Assembly: GCA_048213135.1 (NCBI GenBank) | Contig: PS015047.1 | Span: 2,555-34,825, forward strand | Length of the DNA stretch: 32,271 nt | Source: Reclinomonas americana ATCC 50394 | Lineage: Eukaryota | Direction of reading: 5' to 3' | In this document: in pieces, positions 12,901 to 23,350 of the stretch | Numbering within the stretch: position 1 is the stretch's first letter | How the letters are laid out: each line of letters starts with the position of its first letter | Position numbers and translations under genes: made by a program | Notes under the pieces: generated by a model | What the model saw: only the letters and a program-made list of their open reading frames with translations | What the model was told of the DNA's origin: nothing | Databases searched by the model: none

Positions 12901-13361
12901 ATGAGCAACGCCCTCGAAAAGATGCAGGCCGACATGGCCGCCCTCTGCGCGCAACTGAGCGACCAGCTGACCACCACCGCCACCTCCCTCGAGCAGGAGC
13001 TGCGCACGCAGGAGAGCGCCCGCGAGGAGGTGCTGGAGAAAGTGAAAAAGGCCACCGACGAGAACGAGGAGACACTGAAGCGCTACTACTCGGCCGAGGT
13101 CGCCGAGCTCACCGAGATCAGGTACGCACACATGCACGCAGATCTTTCTTTCGCGCAGGAGGCTGACATGCTAATAGGCGGTTCAACTCGCTGCCTGCGC
13201 CACCCGACACCCGCCTCATGGTCGGCCCGCACTTCCTGCGCGCGCACACCGAGAAGAGCGGCCTCACACTGCCCACACGTCGCCAGCTCGTCGGCGACTT
13301 CCGCATCGGCGATCCGTGGACCCTGGAGCAATCCAAGCACCTAATCGCCGCCTTGCGCGAG
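12901..13361 (+). CDS. Coiled-coil hypothetical protein, 3'-truncated by N gap; may end in the first helix of a Myb/SANT-like motif
   Basis: ATG at 12901 with C/G-ending codons. A 55-nt intron (13123-13177, gtacgc..aatag) joins ...AELTEIR to RFNSLPAPP...DPWTLEQSKHLIAALRE, which runs into the gap. Confidence 0.75.
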
Positions 13362-13388
13362 NNNNNNNNNNNNNNNNNNNNCATGTAC

Positions 13389-13431
<43 letters not shown>

Positions 13432-13435
<4 letters not shown>

Positions 13436-13617
13436 AAGAGCCAGTCTTTGCCGTCCATGAAGAGTCCGGGTCGGCCGCCCTCGCGGTCCTGCTTGAGTTC
13501 GCGCGGTTGCGCGTCGCCTGACTCGACAGTGGCTGGGGCGTCGCCTGGAGGAGGCTCCATCTCGCAGCTGAAGCACATGGCCAGCATGTCAGGGGTGGTG
13601 GAGGTGGGCTCGTTCAT
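13432..13617 (-). CDS. Small 61-aa hypothetical protein, or terminal exon of a larger gene
   Basis: MNEPTSTTPDMLAMCFSCEMEPPP...GLFMDGKDWLF* with strongly C/G-ending codons. A possible acceptor (ttctcgcag) lies just upstream. No family recognised. Confidence 0.45.
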
Positions 13618-14110
13618 CGCGAGCGCGGTGTGATGCTGCGAGAAGTCCTCGCGCGGACACGAGGTGGGACGGTGTTCGAGATGTGTGGAGTGGGTGGTGA
13701 GGTGGGAGGAGAGTGAGAATGGAGTGTGTGGGTGAGTGTGGAGCGAGTGCGGCTTCGTTTCGCTTTTCTTTCTTTACTCGGCGAAGTCGACGTTGATGTC
13801 TGCGACGTTGTCGATGCAGAGGGGAAGGTGCACAGAGAAACGAATATGGCGTCTATATCCACATGGGTAATACTAATAGCTTCCTTTGTCGATGGCGCAA
13901 CGCAGCGGATAGCAAACCAAGACCGCAATCTTCTCTTCGAATTCCGACGATCGATCATCTTCTGGAGGCAAAGCTCAAAAGGTTGTTGTCGAGCATGCTC
14001 TTGTGATTGCCGAATGGTGTTACAAGCTGCTTGCCAGCATCAGCAGCTGAGCCAGGAGACAGCTGACCGAACAGGACAAGCGATCACAAGCGAACGTTTT
14101 TCCGAGTCTC

Positions 14111-15897
14111 ATGCGTCGCGCGCTGCTGCTCGTGGCCTCTCTGTTTGTGCTTATTGCCACAGTCAGCTGCTTCTCTCCCACAGTGCCACGATCGCATATT
14201 CGTCGCAGAGTGGAGATGGAGAATGCTCCTTTGTATCGCTTCTCATATGTTGGTGCTTATGGTGAGTGGCGCGTGTGTGGGAATGCAAAAGGCCTGGGAG
14301 GCACGCACACACGCACATGTCGTCTCTCTCTCTTTCTATGTGTGTGAGAGAGTGGGTGTGTTCGGATTGTAATTGCGATCAATCATGATCATCTTTTTGT
14401 TGTCTCTCGTCACCAGCTCAAGGAGGCAACTGCTTGGGAGCTGGCTGCATGACGACATCCATGCCGGATCCGTTTGTGTTTGTCGATGTCAACAGTCCGC
14501 GCATCTGGGTGAGTGCAAGAGAGGATTGGCATGCCCTCTGCTCAGTCACAGTATTCGCTTGCCTTCTTTCTCTCTCCTCTCTCCCTCCTCTCCACTTCTC
14601 TGTGTCTCATTCTCCCCCACCTCTTGCTTGTACAGACCCGCACTGGCGGCAAGAGCTGCAATGTCGAAATCGACAGGGGCGACTTTGGCCCCGTGTGGAA
14701 TCTCGACACGTGCTTCCTGCCAGAGACACCCGGTGGCACGTTTTTCCTCGCCAGCGATAAGTCGATCATGTTTGTGCGCTTGCTTGACTGTGTACGCTGT
14801 GGTGCCATGTCAATCCGCTCACTGTCTCGCTCCACTGTGCAGCCTGACAGGCCAGTGCGGGATTCCAAGTGGAACCTTTTGCGCGGGCTTTGACTCCGAC
14901 TGCCATTCTGGTGGCCTTTGTGGCGACAAGTTCCCAAATGGCGCGGTGATTCAGGAGCACACGCAATTCCAAGCCTGTGCACTCGCCGGTAACATGCGAG
15001 GGAGAGCGAACGGAGGAGTTGCTACCTTTCGCTGCTGATGCCACTGTGCTTGCAGATCCTGCCGGTCTCTCCGTGGCCACGCTCTTTGCAGGCTTCGTGT
15101 CGGGCATGGCACAAGTGGATCCCGCCGCCTGTTTGTGTTCCGTCAACCAGGCACTCGGCGATCTCATTGATCTCATTCATCATGCCGCCAGCAGCCCGCC
15201 GAGCAATGTGCGTGTTCGTCGCTCACTCTCCCTCTCTTCCTCTCTCTCGCTCACTCACCTTTTGTTGGGCGTGAAAACCAGCTGCCGAGCGACTGCCAGC
15301 TCCTGCCCGAGTTGGCGCTGTGCAAGAACTCCACCGATTGCGCCTCACAGTACTGTCGCCTGCCTGCGGTGGGCTACGGCGCATGCATGCCGTGCACAAT
15401 TGTGGATCCCGGCATGCCAGGCATCTGCACGTGCGATCCCAATGGCTCGGGAGTGTGTCTGCCGGGTCCCTGTGTGAACTACAACAACACAAACAGCCTG
15501 GTGGAGGTGATCTCCACGCTGCGCACGGTGTTCCAGCGCTTCCAGAGTGACCTCGCGCATGCTGAGTGCGGTGGAGGCTCCGTCGCCGAAGTTGCGATTG
15601 CCCTTCATCTCCCTCTCTTTGGTTGCTCCCTTCTCTGACACCAAACGGCAGTACCTGGAGGCGCTCCTGGCCTCCGTGGCAAAGCGTCTCGCCGCGGCCG
15701 AAGTGTACGCGCTGTTGGAGTTTGTCGACATTCTGACGCACCTGGTGACGCTCACGGAGCTGTCGGAGCAGCTCATTGCGGACTTGGAGGCGAGTGCGTG
15801 GTTCAATGTGGGAAAGGATCTGGGGGGCATCGCTGGCGTCTTGTTTCCCGACGTGAAGCCGCTAGCGAGAGGGGAAGGAGAGGTAAATGTAAATTGA
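14111..15897 (+). CDS. Secreted Cys-rich protein, 409 aa, 7 exons
   Basis: Exons 14111-14261, 14417-14508, 14636-14769, 14843-14988, 15056-15207, 15282-15590 and 15652-15897 splice in frame. Signal peptide MRRALLLVASLFVLIATVSC, many Cys, and a helical C-terminus (...WFNVGKDLGGIAGVL). Confidence 0.85.
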
Positions 15898-16898
15898 TCA
15901 CAAAGGCACACGACATCGACAGCAGCATTGTAAACGTTGATGCCGATACAGGAGTCCCGTGGTTCTTCTGCACTGTAAGGAATCCGCTGCGAAGGATCAT
16001 GAGAGGACAAGGGCAGTCAGCATACGCGCACCGTGAATGCTGTTTGCAGTCGCCTCTTGAGTCTTGTGCTCTACTCTTCTACGCATATAGTGCACTCTTA
16101 AGGGCAATCTATCGAGTTTGCAAGGCCTGTATCCCATGCGACATCATCGCCAACACAAGAGGGAAACAGCTCAAGCTTCGGACATTTGACTTTCGATATC
16201 TCGCATCGCAGTGTGTCACTTCTCGCACTGTGCCGCATGACAAGGGCACACAAGAGAGGAAGCACACACACACACACACACGAGCACTAATGCAACACCA
16301 AGAACAACAAACCATCGAGAAACAAACCACGAAAATAACTAGACACTCACTCTCTTCGCACGCACTCCCACACAGCGCATGAATGTGTGCGTGTGAGAGA
16401 GTATGAGAGTGCACGCGTGTGTGTGTGTGTGTGCGAGAGAGCAACACAAGACCGCATGCGCATATGCGAATCACCTCTGCCAACATCATATTCGATTCAC
16501 TTGCGTGTCCCTTCTCTCTCTCTCTCACACACACACTTACACACTCTGAGTGACACACACACACGAGGCTCTCAACATGAACCATCGTCGACTGGCACCG
16601 CGCACGCGCCATGCACACACGCGATAATGTGCTCCACTGCTGGTGTTCCCCTGCATCGCGCGTGCCACGTGTCGGCGTCGTCTTGCTCGTGTGCGCCGGG
16701 CACTGTCTCGTCTTCAGGGTCCATCTGCTTGCTCTTACTTTGCAAAAGAGTATGAAGAAGGACAAAAAGATTCAAAGATTCCGTGACGGCTCGTCAGGTT
16801 GAAAGATGGCAGCGACAACAACAAAGCAGCTGCCTCGACGACCAAGTCTATCGAAAACATCAACAAACACCAATCTTGAGGGCAGCAGCAGCTTTTCT

Positions 16899-17286
16899 TG
16901 TGTGTGTGGCATCTCGACTTTCTCACAGTTTCCGCAATTGCAACGTAACACGTTGCAGCTTCTGGTGCTCATCATGCAGCTGTGTTGCTGGTGGGATTAG
17001 TAAACTGCTGTTTTGTGATGACCAAGTCCTCTCACGTCCAAACACAGTGGAAACCAGACATTAATATTGTGGCTGTGACTCGAGCAGGTCCAGGTGCCGA
17101 TGCACAAGTGCTGATTGTGGACACACCGTGGCGTATCCGAAGGGTGAGGAGGCGCTGCAGAAGGCGTACGACCGCAAGTTGGCGAAGTATGCCGAGCTGG
17201 TGGAGAAGATCCGAACGCACACTGGAGCGGTGGTTGCGCGACGCACATGGATCTGCTTCCAGGCACTTATCGCGACTCATTTTTGA
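16899..17286 (+). mobile_element. Degenerate 3' fragment of a non-LTR retrotransposon with restriction-like endonuclease (R2/NeSL/CRE-type)
   Basis: Reading across frameshifts gives CVCG..LSHSFRNC (CCHC-like), DDQVLS, WKPDINIVAV (KPD from 17051), and VLIVD/TVAYPKGEEALQKAYDRKLAKYAEL. This matches the RLE PD..D..KxxKY motif order. Confidence 0.72.
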
Positions 17287-17950
17287 ATACATTTCTCGAC
17301 ACTGAGAGCGAGAGAGAGCACAGAGGTAGAGAGAGTGAAGAGCAGCGTCGTGGCGGTTCCTCGCTCGTCAATCGTTCTGCTGTCCTTCTCAAAAGTCCCA
17401 TGCGTCGTCGCTGACGGCGACCTCGCCTCGTCTGCATTGGTGGAATGAGTACACAGACACTCTCCTGCTCCTATACTCACACTCCCTCCCTCCTTCCCCC
17501 GCCACCGCTCACCTAAGCGTCTCGCCCGAACTCTCACCACCCACAAACGTGATCTTCATGTGCTCGCCGACCAGGTCGTACAGCGACTCCACGGGGCCAG
17601 CCCTTTCCACAAACGGATGGTCGAGGAGCTCGGCGGCCGACGGTCGCTGGTCGGGGTTCTTCTGCAGGCAGGCGCGCACAAAGTCCTTGAACTCGGGTGA
17701 CCAGTCGCCTGTGAGCAGAGTGAGAAGAAGGGGGAAGAAGGGGGGAAGGGGGGAAGGGGGACAAAGGGGGAAAAGGGGGAAAAGGGATTAAAGGGAAAGG
17801 GCGGAAGGGAGAGAGAGAGAGGAGGAGAGAGAGAGAGAGAGGAGGAGAGAGAGAGAGAGGCAGGTGGAGGTAAAGGGGTCAGGGTGAAAAGAAGGAGAAG
17901 GAGAGAAGGAGAGAGTGAGCAGGAGAGGGAAAAAAGAGAGAAAGAAAAAC

Positions 17951-17987
<37 letters not shown>

Positions 17988-19136
17988 ATGCGTACGAGTT
18001 AGAGAGAGACAGACAGTTGGACAGACAAACAGCGAGAGAGAGAGAGGAAGGAGAAGAAAAGGCAAGGGAAGGAGAGCGGGAAGGAGAGAGAGAAAGAGAG
18101 GGAGACAGAGAGAAATACACAGAGAGAGAGAGAGAACGAGAGAAAGAGAGGCGAGGGGTGTGAGAAGGAGTGACAGAGAGAGAGAGAAAGAGCGAGGAGA
18201 ACAATAGACGACAATGAAGCAGCAACAGCAGCACCAATCATGGAGACATCACGCTTCGCCCGCCACGCACCTTGCAGCACAGGTGCAGGTCGCGTCGGAA
18301 TGGCCATGATGGCTGTTATCGGATTTTCCTTGTAGTACGGCGGGAATCCGTCGGCCATCTCCAGCGCGGTGATACCCACTGACCACACGTCGGCCTTGAC
18401 GTGGTGACCGGTCTCCATGATGACCTCGGGTGCCATCCTGTGTCATTAGGTTAGCACGACCTGCGATGCACACCTCTTTCCCCCCTTCTCGTGCATGCAC
18501 GCACCAAAACGGAGATCCAATCATCGTGTGCCTCTTCTTGATCGAGTCCGACAATTGGGCCGACACTGCATGACGAAAAGTGAGACGAGGCGCTTATTCG
18601 CCACCTATTCCCACAACACATACGCACGCACCACCAAAGTCGGCAAGCTTGACGTGTGCATCGGCGGACAGCAGAATGTTGGCGGCTGTGTGAGTCACAA
18701 AGTCAGTGCCACGCGCCGCCAAGAAGGAGAGAAGAGGGTGAAAAGGGAGACCTTTGATGTCGCGGTGAATCTTGTTCTCCGCGTGCAGGTATTGCAGGCC
18801 GAGTAACGTTTCGCGTAACACAATGGCAATGGCTTGTTCTGGGAGTTTGAAGTTTCTCCGCTGTGAACGCGGAAAAGAGTGAGGTGGGAGAAGTAAGAGA
18901 ATGCTGAAGGGATAGCGCACCAGCTCTTGGATGTTGCCGCCGCCCAGGAACTCCATGACAATCCTGCGGAGTAGGTGACGGGGTGAGGGAGGGGATAGAC
19001 GGAGAGAGGGGAGAGAGAACGAAGACGCACCACAACTGATCGCCGACCACGTATGATCCGTACACTTGCGTGACGTACGGCGACGCCTTCAGCTCCCACA
19101 TGTTGCGGATCTCCTTTTGAATGTCCTCGAGATCGT
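17277..19136 (-). CDS. STE20/GCK-family Ser/Thr kinase, exons 3-10 (subdomains III-XI and tail)
   Basis: Exons 19136-19031, 18963-18921, 18860-18752, 18685-18632, 18565-18505, 18437-18271, 17708-17538 and 17431-17277 splice in frame. Motifs: [82 protein letters not shown]. Confidence 0.93.
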
Positions 19137-19261
19137 CTGTCGGAAGAGCAATGGTCGTGAGTAGGATGATGGAAATCCCACGTCTACTTTCTGTAAACTC
19201 GCTCTCCCAGAAGGGACAAGAGGAACAGAGGACGCAGTTGCTAACTGCATTCAGGGCGACG

Positions 19262-20150
19262 TGCATAACTCTGACATCTCTCACACGCCGGATCACGAAC
19301 AAGCACACACATACTCGCTCGCTGTGCGAACAGAAACGTGGCCTCAACTACTTCGCACTCAGCCATCATGCTGCCTGCATAACGGTGACAATGTCTCTCA
19401 CACACTGGATCACACATACTCGCTCGGTATGCGTCTTGGTCAATCAAACACAATCGTGTGATCTCAACTGCTTCGCATTCAGTGGCGGCCTGCATAACTC
19501 TGCGGATTTCAAAGAACGACAGGCATGTTTGTGTGCGGAAACAAGCACGCCAACCAGATGTCATCTGCACACTACGGAGAAGAGAAGAGAAGAGGACAAG
19601 AGAGAGGGAAGACAGAGTTCTCTCGGTGGGCAGGGACGAGAGAACGTCAGCACTTTTGTCAACGCACGCATTCAAAACCGCAGCTCCCAACAGCTGCTTG
19701 TTGATTGCAATTTCCCCTCATGCGTATCAATCTGTCTCTCTTTCTGTCTCTTCGACAGAGGACAAGAGAACCTCAGCCTTCAGTCTCAGCCTTGCCTTGC
19801 CCGCGTTCACCACGGGCTCACGTGCTTCCCGCTTGCTCTCTCTGCCTCTCTACACTTGCACATACGCGAAATCATCATGCCACACAAACCTCACTCTGCA
19901 CAGCGAGCGGATCTTGCACTTCTGTCTCTCTCACTCGCACACACATGCGGAAATCATCATGACACACAAGCTTAATCCGCAATCCTGCCTCTCCTCTCTG
20001 CCTTGCACAGCGAGCGGATCTTGCACTCATCATATCTCTCTCACTCGCACACACATGCGTATCACAACAGCATCGAAAATCATGACACAAACTTAACACG
20101 CAATGCTGCCTTTCCTCTCTCCCTTGCACAGTGAGCGGATCTTGCACATC
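19262..20150. repeat. Intronic degenerate tandem repeats (~105-120-bp units)
   Basis: ctcaact[a/g]cttcgca[c/t]tcag at ~19343 and ~19463; tgcacag[c/t]gagcggatcttgcac at ~19897, ~20004 and ~20125. Confidence 0.8.
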
Positions 20151-20316
20151 TCTCTCTCTCTCTCTCTCTNNNNNNNNNNNNNNNNNNNNNNNNNNNNNNN
20201 NNNNNNNNNNNNNNNNNNNNNNNNNNNNNNNNNNNNNNNNNNNNNNNNNNNNNNNNNNNNNNNNNNNNNNNNNNNNNNNNNNNNNNNNNNNNNNNNNNNN
20301 NNNNNNNNNNNNNNNN

Positions 20317-20351
<35 letters not shown>

Positions 20352-20891
20352 GAGGGAGAGGAGAAGGGAAGTGAGTAAGAGTGTGTGTGGAGAGAAGAGG
20401 GAGGAGCGAGTGACTGAGAGACAGTGAGAAAGGTGTGACAGAGTAAGAGTGTGAAAGAGACAAGCAAGTAAGTGCGTTTGGGCGAGAGAGACAGTGAGAA
20501 AGGTGTGACAGAGTGAGAGTGAAGGAATTGACTGTTTGAGAGCGTGTGCGAGAGACAGAGGAGAGAGTGTGTGAGTGTGAGTGGAGGTGCGAGAGAGAGC
20601 GAGAGAGACTGAGAAGAGAGAATAGAGAGAGTTAGTATGAGAGAAGAGTGATTGACAGAGAACATTGAAAGACTGTAAGAGGAAGAGAAGAGTGTGAGTG
20701 AGAGAGAGAGAGAGAAGAGAGAGTGTGTGTGTGTGTGTGTGAAAGAGTGAGTGAGAGAGAGTGACTGAAAGTGACTGAGAATTCAATTTGAATGACTTCT
20801 TGCGCGAGAGAATGAGAGCAGAGTGTGTGAGCGTGAGAGAAGAGAGAGAGAGTGTGTGAGTGTGTGTGTGTGTGTGACGCACGCGCGGCAT

Positions 20892-21097
20892 TTTTATGTG
20901 AGTTGTTTGATATGGACAGAGACAATCGCCGCTCGCGCGCGGCGACTGTCCACACACACGCGTTTTTTGTCGCCTTTGTTGTTTTGTGCGCGTGCTCTCT
21001 TTTTGCTCTCTCTCTGTGTGTGTCTCTTTGTGCTGTGCAGTGTGTGTGTGCTGAGCGCTGCGTGTGAGTGCGTGTGTGTGAGTGTGCGTCTGTGAAC
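20892..21097. promoter_or_regulatory. Candidate bidirectional promoter/5' UTR region between kinase ATG and a divergent 9-nt start exon
   Basis: Kinase ATG is at 21098 (+). The minus strand reads aaaaATG CCG CGC|gtgcgt at 20891-20883. Confidence 0.3.
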
Positions 21098-21368
21098 ATG
21101 AAGGAGGGAGATGTCGAGTTGGGCGACCCCGTGGGCAAGGGCTCGTATGGAACAGTCTATGGAGGGTGAGACGCACACACACACAGAGACAGAGGCACAC
21201 TCATTGTTGTGCGCAGTGTGTGTGTGAGAGAAAGAGTGATCATGACTGTTTTCGTTTTTCTTGTTTGTTTGTTTGTTTGTGTTTGTGTTTGTGTGGGCAA
21301 TAGGCGGTGGGTGACGCGTGGTAACAAGCCGGTTGCTGTCAAGGTGTTGGAGTTGGATAACATTGGAG
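21098..21368 (+). CDS. Exons 1-2 (N-lobe) of the STE20 kinase, on the opposite strand to the remainder
   Basis: 21098-21165 encodes MKEGDVELGDPVGKGSYGTVYG and 21304-21368 encodes RWVTRGNKPVAVKVLELDNIG. The second exon ends in phase 1 (G|gtgagg), which fits the phase-1 acceptor ag|AC GAT CTC at 19136 on the minus strand. Confidence 0.88.
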
Positions 21369-21433
21369 GTGAGGAGGAGGGGAGAGAAGAGAGAGAGAGA
21401 AGAGTGGGAGGGAGAAGAGAAGGGGAGAGTGAG

Positions 21434-21478
<45 letters not shown>

Positions 21479-21733
21479 TGTGTGAGAGAGAGAGAGAGTA
21501 GTGTGTGNNNNNNNNNNNNNNNNNNNNGAGAGAGAGAGAGTGCGAGGAAAAAGAGAGGAATGTGCGTGTGTGTGTGCAGTGGTGTGGAAGTGAGGAAAGA
21601 GTTTCTGTTGGAGAAGAGAAAGCAGCTGTTCATCAGAGAGGAGCGCAAATTATTGACGAGGCTGGTTGCAGCGAGAACGGGGGATACAGTCCCTTCACCT
21701 TTCCCTATTCACTCACTTCCTTCCCCTATTCAG

Positions 21734-23291
21734 GACTTCACGAGAAGCTGCAAGAGCTCCTCGATTCGACCAACGAAAACATCCGGCAGGCACAATCAGG
21801 TCTGCGGAAAATCGAGGCCGAGAACAGGGAATTCAAGGGGGGGAGCGGCGAGCAGCGCATGCGGCAGAGTCAGTTTGAGGCTCTGGCGAGCTCGTTGCGT
21901 GTTATTGCATACTGCTCAGGCCTTTATTACAACCTCTCATTCCCCTTTCGTAGGCTCATCGACCTCACCGGCAAGGTCCAGGAGCAGGAGAGTGTGTTTG
22001 CGATGCAGTACCGACAGAAGCTGAAGGGCGAGATTGAAATCGGTGAGTGCATACCGCGCTCTTCTCTTGCCAGGCAATCGACTCCGGACTCACTCACTCT
22101 CGTGCAGCGGATCCCACGGCCTCGAATGAGCAAGTCGAGGCGTACTTGAATGCCGGACAATCGAATCTGTTTGCCGACATGCTGTTCTCCAACTCTGCTT
22201 CGGCCGTCACGATTCGAACGACGTATGAGTTGGTTTGTCCGCGGCGCGTGTCCCTGTTGTGATGCAGCCTTCTCTTACGAAAGGGGTCTGTGACAGGCGG
22301 TGGAAAAGTATCGCGACCTTCTGCAACTCGAGCAGAGTCTGGAGGAGCTGCACGAGCTGATGGTGGATTTCAGTAACCTCGTGTTCACAGTTGAGTGCGC
22401 GGACTTCTTCTGTTGCTCCTCTCCGTGTCTCATGTCGCCGTCTCGCGTCACAGCAAGGAGCACTGGTGAACAAAATCTCCAATAATATAGCCAAGGCTGC
22501 GAATTATGTGGAACAAGGCTACAAGGCGTTGGTGGCGGCCGCCAAGTATAAGAAGAAGGCAAATAAGGTGAGTCGGTAACGGGGGAAGGGGATGGGAGAG
22601 GGGCTGTCGTACTTCCTCAAATCGTTTGTGTGATGGATGGAAAAAGACTTGTAGGGAGCAGATAGAGTAGTTTGTCGTCTTAGATGTGGAGAAGATTGCG
22701 GAGGAATCATGTGCGGGAGACAGTGTAGTGTTTCGGAAGCAAGTCGATTGCCATGTAAGCAGAAGTTCGATGGGTAGTGCAGCAGCGGAAAGCGAGTGGC
22801 TTGACACAGGAGAGAGCGAGTTGTGCGGCGTAGAAGTGCGCCTGAGGGGAGGAGATTGTCTTGGCAGGTGGCACAGGGGATACGGGGGCAAGGAGGGAAG
22901 TGTTCATCGATGTCAGGTGGAGGGGGCTGAGTGTCAACAGAGGAGGGCGAGAGTAATACGTGTGTTTGAGAGGTGGAGATGCGAGAGTAATACGTGTGTT
23001 TGAGAGGTGGAGATTGTCTTGTCAGATAGTACGGGGGACTCTCATCGATGCCAGCTGGGCGTTAACTGTCAGAGGGCGAGAGTAATTCGTGTGCTGAAGA
23101 GGAAAAGATTGTCTTGTAAGAGGATACGGCGTGCAAGGCAGTTCTCATCAATACATGCTCACTTCGCCTTCCCGTTCCCTTCACCACCCCCACAGAAAAA
23201 GATGATCATCATCGCCATCGTCGTGTGTATCGCCATTGTGGTGGTCATTGGCATCATTTTGGGCATCAGCTTTGCCTTCCGCTTATTCTGA
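21734..23291 (+). CDS. Qa-SNARE syntaxin (plasma-membrane-like), 5' exons missing
   Basis: Exons 21734-21893, 21954-22042, 22108-22233, 22297-22389, 22454-22567 and 23196-23291. They encode Habc helices, the SNARE motif KYRDLLQLEQSLEELHELMVDFSNLVFT-QGALVNKISNNI, a polybasic juxtamembrane segment and the C-terminal TM IIIAIVVCIAIVVVIGIILGI. Confidence 0.92.
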
Positions 23292-23350
23292 TCGGGTCTC
23301 GCCGCCAGTGTCATTAAAATATTGGGATGAACTTTACGAGTGGTTGCTAT

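Noticed and set aside
15898..16250. Open frame with LLFYAYSALLRAI, faintly like a reverse transcriptase segment upstream of the RLE relic
   Set aside because: No QG or YADD motif is present and the similarity is too weak without a profile search.
16572..16775. Minus-strand ORF containing ARCRGTPAVEHIIAC (zinc-knuckle-like)
   Set aside because: The motif is incomplete, lies opposite to the RLE relic and has no supporting context.
19875..21200. 441-aa ORF and other long ORFs rich in HT/SL/RE/CV dipeptides
   Set aside because: These are translations of microsatellites and N gaps.
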